Positions 1 to 10,864 of a stretch of 64,000 nucleotides of DNA are shown piece by piece. Positions within the stretch are counted from its first letter, which is position 1. Each line of letters begins with the position of its first letter. The stretch lies in NCBI GenBank assembly GCA_964106915.2, contig OZ066926.1; one strand, given 5' to 3'. Origin of the DNA: Podarcis gaigeae. Lineage: Eukaryota. Position numbers and translations under genes: made by a program. A model generated the notes under the pieces. That model was given only the letters and a program-made list of their open reading frames with translations. It made no database searches and had not been told where the DNA came from.

Positions 1-40
1 ATCTCCCTCTCCTACTAGACCAGAGAGAGAACAAACTTGC

Positions 41-3000
41 CTTGAAAGGGTCGTTATCAAGGGCATGGAGGATGAGGGAAGCTGTGTTGAAGCAGATGCC
101 TTCTGTGATAAATGGCGAGTGGATTGGCCGTGGGTCAAAGAGGTTGGGGTGGTTGCAGACCTTGCGGAGCTGCATCAGGATGTTGATGACGCTCATGAAG
201 TGCCCCGTTGCCAATGTCTCCTTGGTGCTGAAAGAGAAACCAACCACAGGGTGAGCCAGACTCAGAGGTGCCAAGCATCAGAATAACAGATGCTGATGTT
301 AAGGAGGAATAGCATAAAGGATGGCTTGTCCCGCGTTGAATAACCAAAGCCAGAGAATAAAACACTGGGCTCATCCTCCAGAGCTCCTGCCCACCAGCCC
401 TCTAAGATCCAGGCCACTGAGAGCCAAGCAATCCCTAGTGAGGCACCCCATCCCTCCCTCCCCCCAACTAGCTTTCTGTACTTACGTAGCCTGGGCCATG
501 AAGTCATCGTAGAGATAACGCTGGCGCTTGGAAAGCCGACACTTGATGACATGTTCGTATTTCTTTGGCATTTGCTTCTCTACATCCACTTTCACCCTCC
601 GCAGCAGGAAGGGCCGCAGCACCTGGGGAGGTGGAGAGAATCAATTCCCATTCGCCTTCCAACCACGCCAGCTGCTCTCTGTACCCTCACCCCCACCCCG
701 CTCACCTTGTGTAGCCTTTTCACCAGGTTCTCGTTGTACTCCTGGCTGCCCTCAATCATGCCCGTCAGTGGGTTGGAAAACCACTCCTTAAACTCGCGGT
801 GGGACTGGAAGACGTGGGGCATCAGGAAGTGCATGAGGGACCACAACTCCATCAGGCTGTTCTGGAGAGGAGTTCCGGTCAGAAGAAGCCGCCTCTGACT
901 GGAACAGGAATATGACAGGTCAATGAGAACCTCTGAGAGGGAGGCGTTCCCCACCCTATGCCCCGATCTCAAGCCCACCACCACATACACCCTCACCTGT
1001 TGAAGTTTAGCAGAGACTGCCAACGCTGAGACTTGAAGTTCTTAATGTTCTGAGCCTCATCCAAGATCAGATACTTCCAATTCTTGCGTCGAAAGGCCTG
1101 GTGGTCCTGCAGCACCAGCTTGTATGAGGTGATGCAGATATGAAAGGCATTGGGCTTGGTCCAACCCTGAGTACAGACAGTGAAGGCTTACAATTGTGAC
1201 CAATAACGCAAGAGGCACCAAGCTCAACAGCTGTAGACCTGCGGCAGGGAACTTCCAGCCCTCTCTGAGTTTCTTATTTTGATAGTTATTTAACAAAATT
1301 TATATACCACTTGATTGTTAAAAAACAACAACTTCTAAGCATTTCACAAAGATAAAAAAACACATTAAAAATATTGATAGAAAGCACTTAGAAACAGATG
1401 TTTAAAAACATTCAAAAGAGATATAACACATGAAACATTCTACATGTCTGAATTGGCTTGGGTAAACAAAAATAATTTAAGCAGGTGCCAAAGAGTGTAT
1501 AGTGGAGGGTCCTGCACTACTTATTTAAGAACAATACTGATCTAAGAACCCCTTATTTCAGCCTTAAATGCATTCCAGACTATTATCAGGTAATTTGGAG
1601 ACTAAAAATAACTAAAATTCTTTAATATCTCTACTTAGGGTTTCCCTACCTTATGTTTCCTGGAGTACCAAAGAACTGAGCCACCAACATGTCTTATTCA
1701 GAGAATCATAGAAAAGTAGAGCTGGAGGGGACCACAAGGATCATCTAGTCCAACTCCTTGCAGTGCAGGAATCTTTTCCCCAACATGCGGCTCGAACCCA
1801 TGACCCTAAGGTTAGGAGTCTCCTGTTCTACCAACTGAGCTATAGAGGTGGGCTTCATATTCCGTTGTTGTGTGCCAGCAAAGAAATACGATAGCATGAT
1901 TTGCCCATGTTTCACCAACTGGTCAACCCCCCCCCCCCCCCCGCCAAAATGAATAGACACACAAATATAGTTACATACAAAAGCAAATCAATTCTGGAGT
2001 ACAACTTGTGCCTCTTTTTACAATATGAGGTAATCTCTATCCCCTGGACTCATATGACACATACTATTTCAATGCTTTCTTTCTGTGCTTTTGGGAAATT
2101 ATGCTAGCTATTATGTCTTCTATTGTGAGACTGCATTACAATTACCCACAAGCATCATCTCAGTTTCCTTAAAACAGATCTCTTATTAGCACAGCGTGAC
2201 CACCAAACCTAATTTAGCACCATACAGTACATGCTACCCAAAATAATGCTAATAATCTAGTTTCTCACTTTGTAGACTAGCCATCCTTTTTGATTTACTT
2301 AGAAACAGGTGGTGCGGGAGGGAAATCTTTTAAATATTTTATCAAAGGACCCATAGAAGTCAGAATGTTTCCTGGAGGAAAACGATGCCCAACATTACAT
2401 TTTTTCAACCACAAAGACACCTTTTTATGCTTATCTGGAGGTTTAAAATCATTTACATTGTGAGACACAAAACCCATCTCTGGTCCCAGCTGCAACGTCT
2501 GAGTTCTCTCACCTGCCGTTTTAGCTTACGCTCCTTCTGTGCCCCATAGTAGGTGAGGATCTTGAAACTGGGGCACCAGCGCTTGATTTCCATCTCCCAG
2601 TTCAGTATCACGCTGGTGGGAACAATGATCAGGTGGGGGCCCCAGCTGCCTACAGGAGCACATAAGCACAGCAGAGAAGCTTCCATGACTCTGGAGACCA
2701 AGGCTGCCTCTGTGCCTCACTCCTCAGCCACATGCCCTCCCCTGAGCAAATCCAGCTCTCTCCCCTCCAGAGCTTGCTCTCCATAGCCCATTTGTCCCCA
2801 GAATGGAGCTGTTAAAGCCAAGCTGCCAAAGGGAACAGTGACCACTAAAAGCACTGAGAGCATGAATTTTATTACTCCACATCTTAGGAGGTTTAAGATG
2901 CCATCTACTGCTTCTAGCAAGGAGCCCATCCTCACCCTCCGTTCTCTTCTCAAAGTTCCTGACCCACCCTTTTCGCAGGCCAGATGCGCCAGCAGCGAGA

Positions 3001-6000
3001 TCGTCTGGATTGTTTTGCCAAGCCCCATCTCATCCGCCAGAATACCATTGAGTTTCTTCTCATACATGGTGACCAACCAGTCCAGACCAATGTGTTGGTA
3101 TTCTCGCAGAGTCCCACGCAACAGATAGGGAATAGGCGTCTTAACCTACATGGGAGAAGGGCAATATAATTTGCCTGCTTTATTCCAGTGCAATCCCCTG
3201 CAGATTCCCTCTGACTCACCTGCGTAGTATCCAAGGTATAACCTTTGGGTTGCAGGCTTTCCGCTGCTGCTGCTATGTCTGTGATCTCCTTCTTGGGCCC
3301 TGGGGCTGGAGTCGAGTCATTGTCTCCCTCGCCACCACGATCCTCATCCTGCTTCAGAAGATACTCAACACCAAAGTCCTCCTCCTGGCTCACAGAGGCT
3401 TCTTCCTCCCCGCCTTCCATGGCATCCTCTTCTTCACTTTCATCCTGCTCACTCTCCACCTCTTCTGTGGAATCTGAAAGAACCAGCAATGTCAGGACAA
3501 AAAGCAGCTGACAACTTATCACTATCATCTTTAAATCAGTGCCTTACAAGCTACACTGCTCTATACAATAAATCATTTGTTATGTGCCACAATCTCCATC
3601 AAGACAAATGCAGCATGTTGTTTTTGGGACAAACATTTCTTCAAAAACAAAGTCTGATCCCAAGACTGAGGCAAATACTTGAGGACACCTGCTAAGAATA
3701 CCTTCGGCTATAAAGAGGAGATAATACAGTGGTACCTTGGTTTTCGAACAGCTTAGTTCACGAACAACTTGGAACCCGAGTGCTGCAAAACTGGAAGTAG
3801 GTGTTCCAGTTTTCAAACTTTTTTTTGGAAGTCGAACGTGCTCCGTTTTGAGCCGTTTCCTGTTGCGCTGCTGATTTGCATCTCCGTGTTTCCTGTTGCG
3901 CTAATTTGAGTTCCCCCATTGTAATTCAAGCCTTCCGTTTCCGTGTTTCCTGTTGCGCTGCTACTTTGCGTCCCCCCCATTGTAATTCAAGCCTTCCGTT
4001 TCCGACTGCAGTGTTCTCAGGTGATATTTGGAGCTTATATTTGGTGCTTTTGTTTTTGCTATTTATTTTGTGTTTTTTGTTTTGAGGCTTTTTCAGTTAA
4101 TTTGCTTTTATGACTGTGTGGATCCCACTTCAGCTACTGAATGATTGTGTGACTGCAGAAATGGATAAAAAAACCCATCCAAACAATGACTATTATCAGT
4201 GCAGGTAAGAATTTTTTTTAATTTTAATTTTGTTTATTTTATAGTACAGTGCATTGTTTATTGCTTTCATTTTATGGATCAATGGCCTTGTAAGATAGTA
4301 AAATTCATGCTAAATTGCTATTTTAGGGGTTGTTTTTTAAAGCCTGGAACGGATTAATCTGTTTTACGTTACTTTCTATGGGAAAACGCGCCTTGGTTTT
4401 GAAAGCTTTGGTTTTGGAACAGACTTCCGGAACGGATTAAGTTTGAGAATCAAGGTACCACTGTAATTACATACAAGATTCAATTGCTTTCCAAAGTTAC
4501 AAGACCCATTCCCTTCCTTTATACCTGACTGGCTACTGCTGTCTTCTTCCTCTGACTCTTCCTCATACTCAGAAGTGCTGGGCTCTGAGGCCTCGGATGA
4601 CGTGTCCGACTCCTCCATTTCAAAGTCTGAGGTATAGGCGCCAGCGTATTTCTGCAGCAACTCATCCATGGGCAACTCACCTGCCAAAGCGAAAGAAAGC
4701 ACAAGATTATGCCCAAACACTAAGATAGATAGTTCTCTTCTCTGATCCCTGATCATATCCTGTTGAAGTGGCCCTCTGGTTCTGTAACTAGCTACAAATT
4801 AGAACAGAGGGTTCCATCTTGGAAACCCCAGCCTAGGTTTTGGGTTCAATGACTTGTTATCATTTCTGAGCTCACCAAACTTGTCCATCAGTTCAAACCA
4901 GTCCCCTTTTAGACTTATGTTGGCAATACCTTTCCCATGGTTGTGGAAAGAAATGGAAATAGACATAGTGCAACCAATATAGGCCCAACTCAGTTCGCCA
5001 ACAAGTAAGGTTGGTCTACTAAGTTAGATTACAGGTTCCAGGGCAACTGGAAACACTTGGGGGTAGGGCAAGAAATACAATACTGAGTTGGGGCAGGTGC
5101 TTACCCTGGCCCTACGTCCCTTTAAGAGCAGAAATTCTGGGAACGATGGTTCACAGACCTAGCAGACATTTGGAAATACAATTTAGTAATAAAGCGAATA
5201 GTGTTCAGGGCCCAGGGAATGAAAGTCCTGACCCCCATTTGCCACCCCAGCCACCATCTGCTTCCGAACCTTCCTTGGCCAGCTCATCCAGCTCCTGGCT
5301 GTGATCCACATCTCCTTCCAGCTTTTCTTCTGCATCTATTGTTTCCTCTTCATCTTCGGCTACAAGAGGAAGGATGCCCTGTGTTACTGCATGAAAGGAT
5401 TCCAGCGCTGGTCCCTGCCTCAAGTTTCCAATAGTCAACCGCAGACCCAAAATAACAGGCTCACCTTCCTCCTCATTGGCAGTGAACTCCTCATCCTCTT
5501 CATCGGGCTTCCAGGGTTTTTTATTCCTCTGAGTAACAGGCTTTGGCTTCTCCTGCCAAATATGAGAAGGGGCTTTCAGACCAAGATGGAAGGCCTTTAG
5601 CAGTGCATGTGCATGTTACAGAAAGCAGGACAGAAATTTGGCAACAAGTATCCTCAACTAGCTTTTCTGCTATCTACAGCTAGGCCCTTGCCTGTCCAGG
5701 CCCAGCCTGGCCCCTTGCCTGACTCTGTGTCCCTTTCCTACCTGCTGGTGATGCCCATCAAAGCGTGACTGCATGATGGTCAGAATTCTGTAGCTGCATA
5801 TTCTAAGTAGGGTTCCCTACGAATCTGAACCCAAGACTTGCCCATAAACCAGCAGCACACCTTTAACTTCTTGGAAGTCTGTTTTTCGTCCTGCTCCTCT
5901 TCCTCTTCACTGTCACCCTCCTCCTCTTCATCATTTTCAGAACTAGAGGCACAAGGGGGCACGCTGAAGGAGTTCTCCAAAATTTGGGGTGGCAGTGACT

Positions 6001-7131
6001 GCAGCAGCTCTTCCAGGGGCAGTTCACTCTCCTGCTTAAGCAACTCAATCTCCCGTTGCTGAGTCTCTGAATCATTCCCTTCCTGCTGCTCTTCTACTTC
6101 GATAGTCTCCTCATCATCCGACTCGTCATGGGGTTGAAAATCCCCATCTGCCAGAGAAGGAAGAGTGGTCAGACGCAATTCCTTGGGGCTTACACAGTCT
6201 CTCCTCAAAAGAAGCACACATTACAATTCTAGCATGTTTTGTTTGGCAGGAGGAGGGAATGGGCATGGAAGTTCCCCCCTGCAATTACATTCATAGGATG
6301 TAAGCCATATAGGGGTATTCGTGTTGAGCTAGCCCTGGATGGGCTGGGGCTGGGCAGTTTCAGAGAAAAGGGTTGAGACTTTTAAGTTTCTGACCTTCAT
6401 CCTCAGTGAGGTGACTGGGGTGTGGTGGGCTAGAGGCAGTAGAGCCTGCATGGGAGCCACCGGTCTTGCTGGGAACTGGAAAGGTCTCATTGAGGCTCTG
6501 GGTCAGTAGGTCCGAGTATTTCTCTGTCTGGCCCACTATAAAGTCTAGCTGCAGGTCCAAGGCTTTTTTCCGTTTCTCCTCCAGACGTGATTGCTGCTTG
6601 AATTGCACAACCTGAGGAAAAAAGAGTTTAGGGGGGAAGTCTCCAAGTTCATTCCTGCAGAATGTGCTGTGATAGAACTTGCTCTTGAGTTAAAGGCAAC
6701 ATGGGCAAAGAGCTACTATCTTCTCTAAGTCTTCAGTAGCCCTGTGCACACAGTGACACTCTTTTCTCTGCAACCTTAACCTTGCAAATTTTTCAAAGCT
6801 ATTAAAAAGCATTTTGTTACTCATGTAAAAGCAGGAAACCCCAATTTAGTTATTTGGAACAGTAACTCCAATTACAAGTAATAAAAGCAACTGATGTTTT
6901 GAGACAGAGCAGAACAATTCATTTCACTGCTGTGGGAGAATAAACAAGAGTATAATTTGCCTCGCCTTTTTAATATGAATGCAGAAGTGAAGAATGAATG
7001 AGACTGGACATAAATATATAACAGACAAAACCTCCAACTAACTGCATGCTTTATGTGTTTGAAATTCTGCTTTGTTATACTTTATGTATTTTGTCTAAAT
7101 GAAGTCATTCATATGTGAGTGTATGCATGTA

Positions 7132-7170
<39 letters not shown>

Positions 7171-8798
7171 CTATATATATGTATATACACACACACACGT
7201 TTACCTATACGCATATATTAATTAGAGAAATTCCACCAACAAACTATGAAGTCAAGAGATTCGCTCAACCCTTCTATGGGTGAATCCACAGTATTTTTGA
7301 TTAGGCAGAGTAGAGGCAACCAGCTCCAGACACCTGGCTCCAGGTGTGGCTCCTGTATTCAGGAGCAAGGCCTGCATGCTGCTTTTATGATGCCAGACAG
7401 ATTCCTCACATACCTTCTCTACGTTGCTCCAGAATTGCTTGACCTCTTTGGCGATGGACGAGGCAATACGGCGCAGCTTGGCCTGCTCCTCCCGTTTGGC
7501 TCGTTCTTCTTTTTGCTTCTGCTCTTCGTGGTGTCTGATCACCATGCGCACCACCTGCAAGAAACAAAGGAGAGAAGGATCATGTTAATAATCACAAGTC
7601 TTCACAGATTTCCACGGCTCTAAACAGTCCTTCCTAAATCTGGGTCATAGGGAAGAGCTAGCTCCACTTCACTAAAGTGGATGGAAACCCTAGGGACACA
7701 CATATTATATTGCTTTTCTGCAACAGCACAAGCCACAAAACTGAGGTGTTACAAAATTGCACGATTATGAAATGCCCTTAAACCCAGAGATTGCAATGCA
7801 TGAGTGAAAACTGACTGAAAGAGATGGGTTAAATGTTTGGAGATTGGCAGCTGTTTCCATCAAACTCACCTTCCTCGCAACACCCCTCTTCCATCGGCGC
7901 TCTTGGGCAAAGTCAGCAGAGAGCCACTGCATCTCCTCGCAAAGATAATCCCAGTGCACTTTGGGCCGGACTGGCTCAGGCACCTTCGACAGCCGTTTCA
8001 TGGACCAGAACCCTTCCTTCTTCATTTCTGCGATGCGGTTTTCAATCTCTGCCTCCTGGAATACATCCCCCAAGTCAGTTAGCCCAAAACACTGTATCCC
8101 TGTGAACTGCAGCTTGGAACGACAAGCTTAACAGCATTTTAACTTAGATTGTGTATGTTCGTGCCCAACTCAAGAGAGCAGAAGGGGCCAAATGATCCCT
8201 GGACCCTGCGTGGCTTACATGCTTGGCCTGCTCAGCAATCTCCGCGTGGGTCTTGTCCCACATGCTTGCAGGGTCCGGGGAGGTGTACATCCCGGGCGAC
8301 ACAAGGGCTCTGTTCTGTGTCTTGGGAACATCAAAACCTGGGTGACTGTCCAGCGAGGAGTCGTGGGTGAGATGTGGTGGTGAGATGCTGCCGGTTGAGG
8401 CAGGTGAGCCCGAGGAGGCTGGTGACACTGGGTTACTGCCTGTCATTCTGTCCGATGCAGTCTGAGATGAACAAGAGGAGACAAACGAGGGTAGAAAATT
8501 ATTATAGTGGCCTTAAAGGAACCCAACAGCTCTGGGGAGCTTGTCTAGGTGGAGCATCAGAGAAGAGCATCCCTTGTTCTGACTCTCACAGATGCTCTTT
8601 GTAGTACAACGCTCGTCCACATACTTCATTAAAGCAGTCAAAATTCATTCTGAAGACCCCTAATGAACTACAGTGCTTTGAAAAACTGTGATCCAGTAAG
8701 CGGCCTCAAAACACAGGGCCTTACACTGGGATTCCCCTCACCTCCAACTCTACCTGTGGGTGCAGCGCATGTTGCTGTTGGGGAGGACTGCTCTGCAT
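41..8798 (-). CDS. SRCAP: Helicase SRCAP (Snf2-related CREBBP activator; H2A.Z exchange ATPase), 5' part only; gene continues past the left edge
   Basis: Canonical start [15 protein letters not shown] at 8798. Phase-consistent coding exons: 8798-8754, 8461-8219, 8055-7870, 7554-7414, 6611-6395, 6147-5861, 5552-5465, 5359-5270, 4680-4525, 3473-3220, 3145-2968, 2649-2513, 1166-997, 898-706, 622-486, 227-41. Contains the HSA region ([23 protein letters not shown]), an acidic region and SNF2 ATPase motifs ([42 protein letters not shown]). The [13 protein letters not shown]-terminus is SRCAP-like rather than EP400-like. Confidence 0.97.
1700..1834 (-). mobile_element. tRNA(Lys)-headed SINE with CR1-type 3' tail
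   Basis: Minus strand: TAGCTCAGTTGGTAGA (A box)...GGGTTCGAGCC (B box)...GGACTAGATGATCC...CTATGATTCT. Further copies near 54860-54990 and 58258-58329. Confidence 0.8.
3727..4463. mobile_element. Non-autonomous Tc1/mariner(pogo)-type DNA transposon (MITE)
   Basis: TA|CAGTGGTACCTTG...CAAGGTACCACTG|TA terminal inverted repeats with TA target duplication; no transposase ORF. Confidence 0.85.
7137..7198. repeat. Compound (GT)n(AT)n(AC)n microsatellite
   Basis: Read directly from the sequence. Confidence 0.9.
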
Positions 8799-8986
8799 TT
8801 TAGTTCTCTCTTGCTCTTTGCCTCTCGTCCCAACAGCTTCGTTTGCGGTTGTAGTGCTGGCTTCCTGCTCCAGTGCATGCTCGGAACCGGCCTCATTCTG
8901 GTCAGCCAGCCACTGGGACGAGCCGTCCAGCTCCTGGGTTCCTTGGCAGCCCAGCCTGCGCTCGGGACTGCCTGTCTCAGAATTAT
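8799..8986 (-). other. SRCAP: SRCAP exon 3, portion upstream of the canonical ATG (nominal 5'UTR, but open and in frame)
   Basis: Acceptor tctctag|ATAATT at 8986. The 188 nt up to the ATG read (G)AT AAT TCT GAG... = DNSETGSPERR...[11 protein letters not shown] with no stop. Confidence 0.8.
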
Positions 8987-10050
8987 CTAGAGATTCATGA
9001 AGAGGAATCAGTCACATTGTGATCAGAGCCAGACTGAAAAGAACTGAAAGACACCCACTCAAGAACAAGCTAAAGGAAGATTTTCAGAGGAAGTGAAATT
9101 AAACGTCAAAATGACATTAGCATGCCCTCTGCCTACAATTTTACTTTCCTTTAACACAAAGTAAAGCACTAAAAATTAAAGAAGGAAAGTAATGCACCTT
9201 AAAAGCAGCTATTAACTAAAGAGCATAAATGTAAACCAAACAGTTCCCAGCTGATAAAATCTCCTTTCTCACTAGGTTTTTTCCAAAAATGAAGCTGTGA
9301 GTATAAATATGATTTGATTAATGATTACAGTGAAGGGAGGAGGGGTTCATTTTTCCTTTTTTGTTGCTGTTGCCAAAATCAGGGGAGCCCCAGAAAAATT
9401 TGCTTGGGAGCTGGATCAGGCCCCCCCAAACTGGGGGTTAGCCTCTCCCAATTTACGATATACAAGAGATCTGGTGGCAGAACCCAGTAGAAAATTAATA
9501 TATCCAACACAGTAGCTATCAAAAACACAACAGCATTAGAAAATCTCCGTTGCTAAGTTTGTACACACAAGCAAACATTTTCTGTTACAGAATAAATGTT
9601 TGGGTAATGTGAAAAAATGTTTTCTCTCAAAGTTTGCATTTAAAACTTTAATATTTAGACACAAAAGATGTAAACCCTACCTACAAGTAGAGGATTCCCC
9701 TATCTTTCTCCACTGGATACATATCTACTGTTTAGTACTAAATGCCTAGACTTTCCCAAAATTTCCAGGGGAGCTATAAACAGATACTGTAAATTTATTT
9801 CATTCTTTTGAGCTGCTTTTTATATCCATCCATCATATCTCAACAAGCAAATTAAGTTTAGTTGTGGCCAAGCCAGATTCCAGTACATAATAAATTCTGG
9901 CCCATCAATATAGATGTTGGTGACAGAAAAAGCATTTTGAAAAGAAAATAAATCCAACACTGAGCTCAGAAAAACAGCCAAAGATTTAGATTTGCTTGAT
10001 GTTCCTGCTTAAAACCCTGTTGCCAATTCCCCAATGGTATTCAGTTTCAC

Positions 10051-10130
10051 CTGTACCTGCGTGAGCTGCGAACTCCTCTTGCTTGTCAGGCTGAACTTCC
10101 AGGGTTTCGCTTTCCTGGGGAATACTACAC
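10051..10130 (-). other. SRCAP: SRCAP exon 2 (80 nt; alternative donor gives end at 10057)
   Basis: Acceptor cttttttcag|GTGTAG; donors ACAG|GTGAAA (10051) or GCAG|GTACAG (10057). Reads CSIPQESETLEVQPDKQEEFAAHAGT in the frame continuous with SRCAP. Confidence 0.75.
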
Positions 10131-10274
10131 CTGAAAAAAGATGGAACCGTTAGTCCAGAGAACATTTTGTGTGTGCGCGCGTGTGGTAGATGCACAGCAA
10201 CCTATTCCTTTAGGTAAGGATCATTCAAACTTGCTCTTGGGACCCTGAACGACTCTGCCAAAGGGTAGATCAAA

Positions 10275-10409
10275 CCCTGTCTCTCTTTTACTGTTACGCA
10301 GACAGCATGGGAATAGCCGGCCCACGGGTTGTGGTGGAGAGTTTTACTGTACGCACCAGCTACCAAATTCAAGCCTATGAAAAGAGGCAGGAACCTGTTT
10401 GGGGTGCGG
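10275..10409 (-). ncRNA. SNORA30: H/ACA box snoRNA, SNORA30/SNORA37 family, intronic in SRCAP
   Basis: Minus strand reads GCAC...ACAGGTTCCT...GAATTTGGTAGCTGGTGC-GT-ACAGTA (H box ANANNA), then CTCTC...GAGAG-ACA-GGG. The guide TGGTAGCT is complementary to 28S rRNA AGCUACCA and begins 15 nt before the H box. SRCAP is the known SNORA30 host. Confidence 0.8.
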
Positions 10410-10864
10410 TTTGGTGAACCACTAGAATTATCTCACTTTCCCATCCACTTTACGGATTCTGAGTTGTCTAGCAGTGTCCTTTTCACTCACTCCCATGCCT
10501 AGGTATCCAGAGCCCAAAATCTTCTCGGTATCTGGGGCGACCCGGCTAAATGAGTGGAGTATAAATAATAAATTATTTTTATTTTGCTTCCTATGTACCC
10601 ACCTTTGCTTCAGAAGCGTCAATATTCTGCACGTCACCCTCATATCATTATCCCAGGGAAGTTTACTTCCCTTCTTGGCTTCATTCTTTTGAGAGAGATC
10701 TACAACCCATTCATTCTGCAAGCTGAGATTTTGCAACTCAACTCTATTGCTATAGCGTCCTATTAACTCTCTGCTTCTATAGCTCAATTTTGTCCCTAGC
10801 TCATAAATAACCCACTATCTCCCAAACCTTTTGTTCCTTCCCTCTCACTCCACACTTAACCCAG

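Noticed and set aside
1770-1834. tRNA-Lys-like sequence as a tRNA gene
   Set aside because: It lacks an intact acceptor stem and continues into a CR1-type tail; it recurs near 54900, so it is a SINE head.
3850-4005. Spaced repeats as a CRISPR-like array
   Set aside because: Eukaryotic intron; the repeats are an internal duplication of a MITE.
6240-6350. Hairpin (CCCCT...TTACAT/ATGTAA...AGGGG) in an SRCAP intron as a snoRNA
   Set aside because: No correctly placed H box and no second hairpin.
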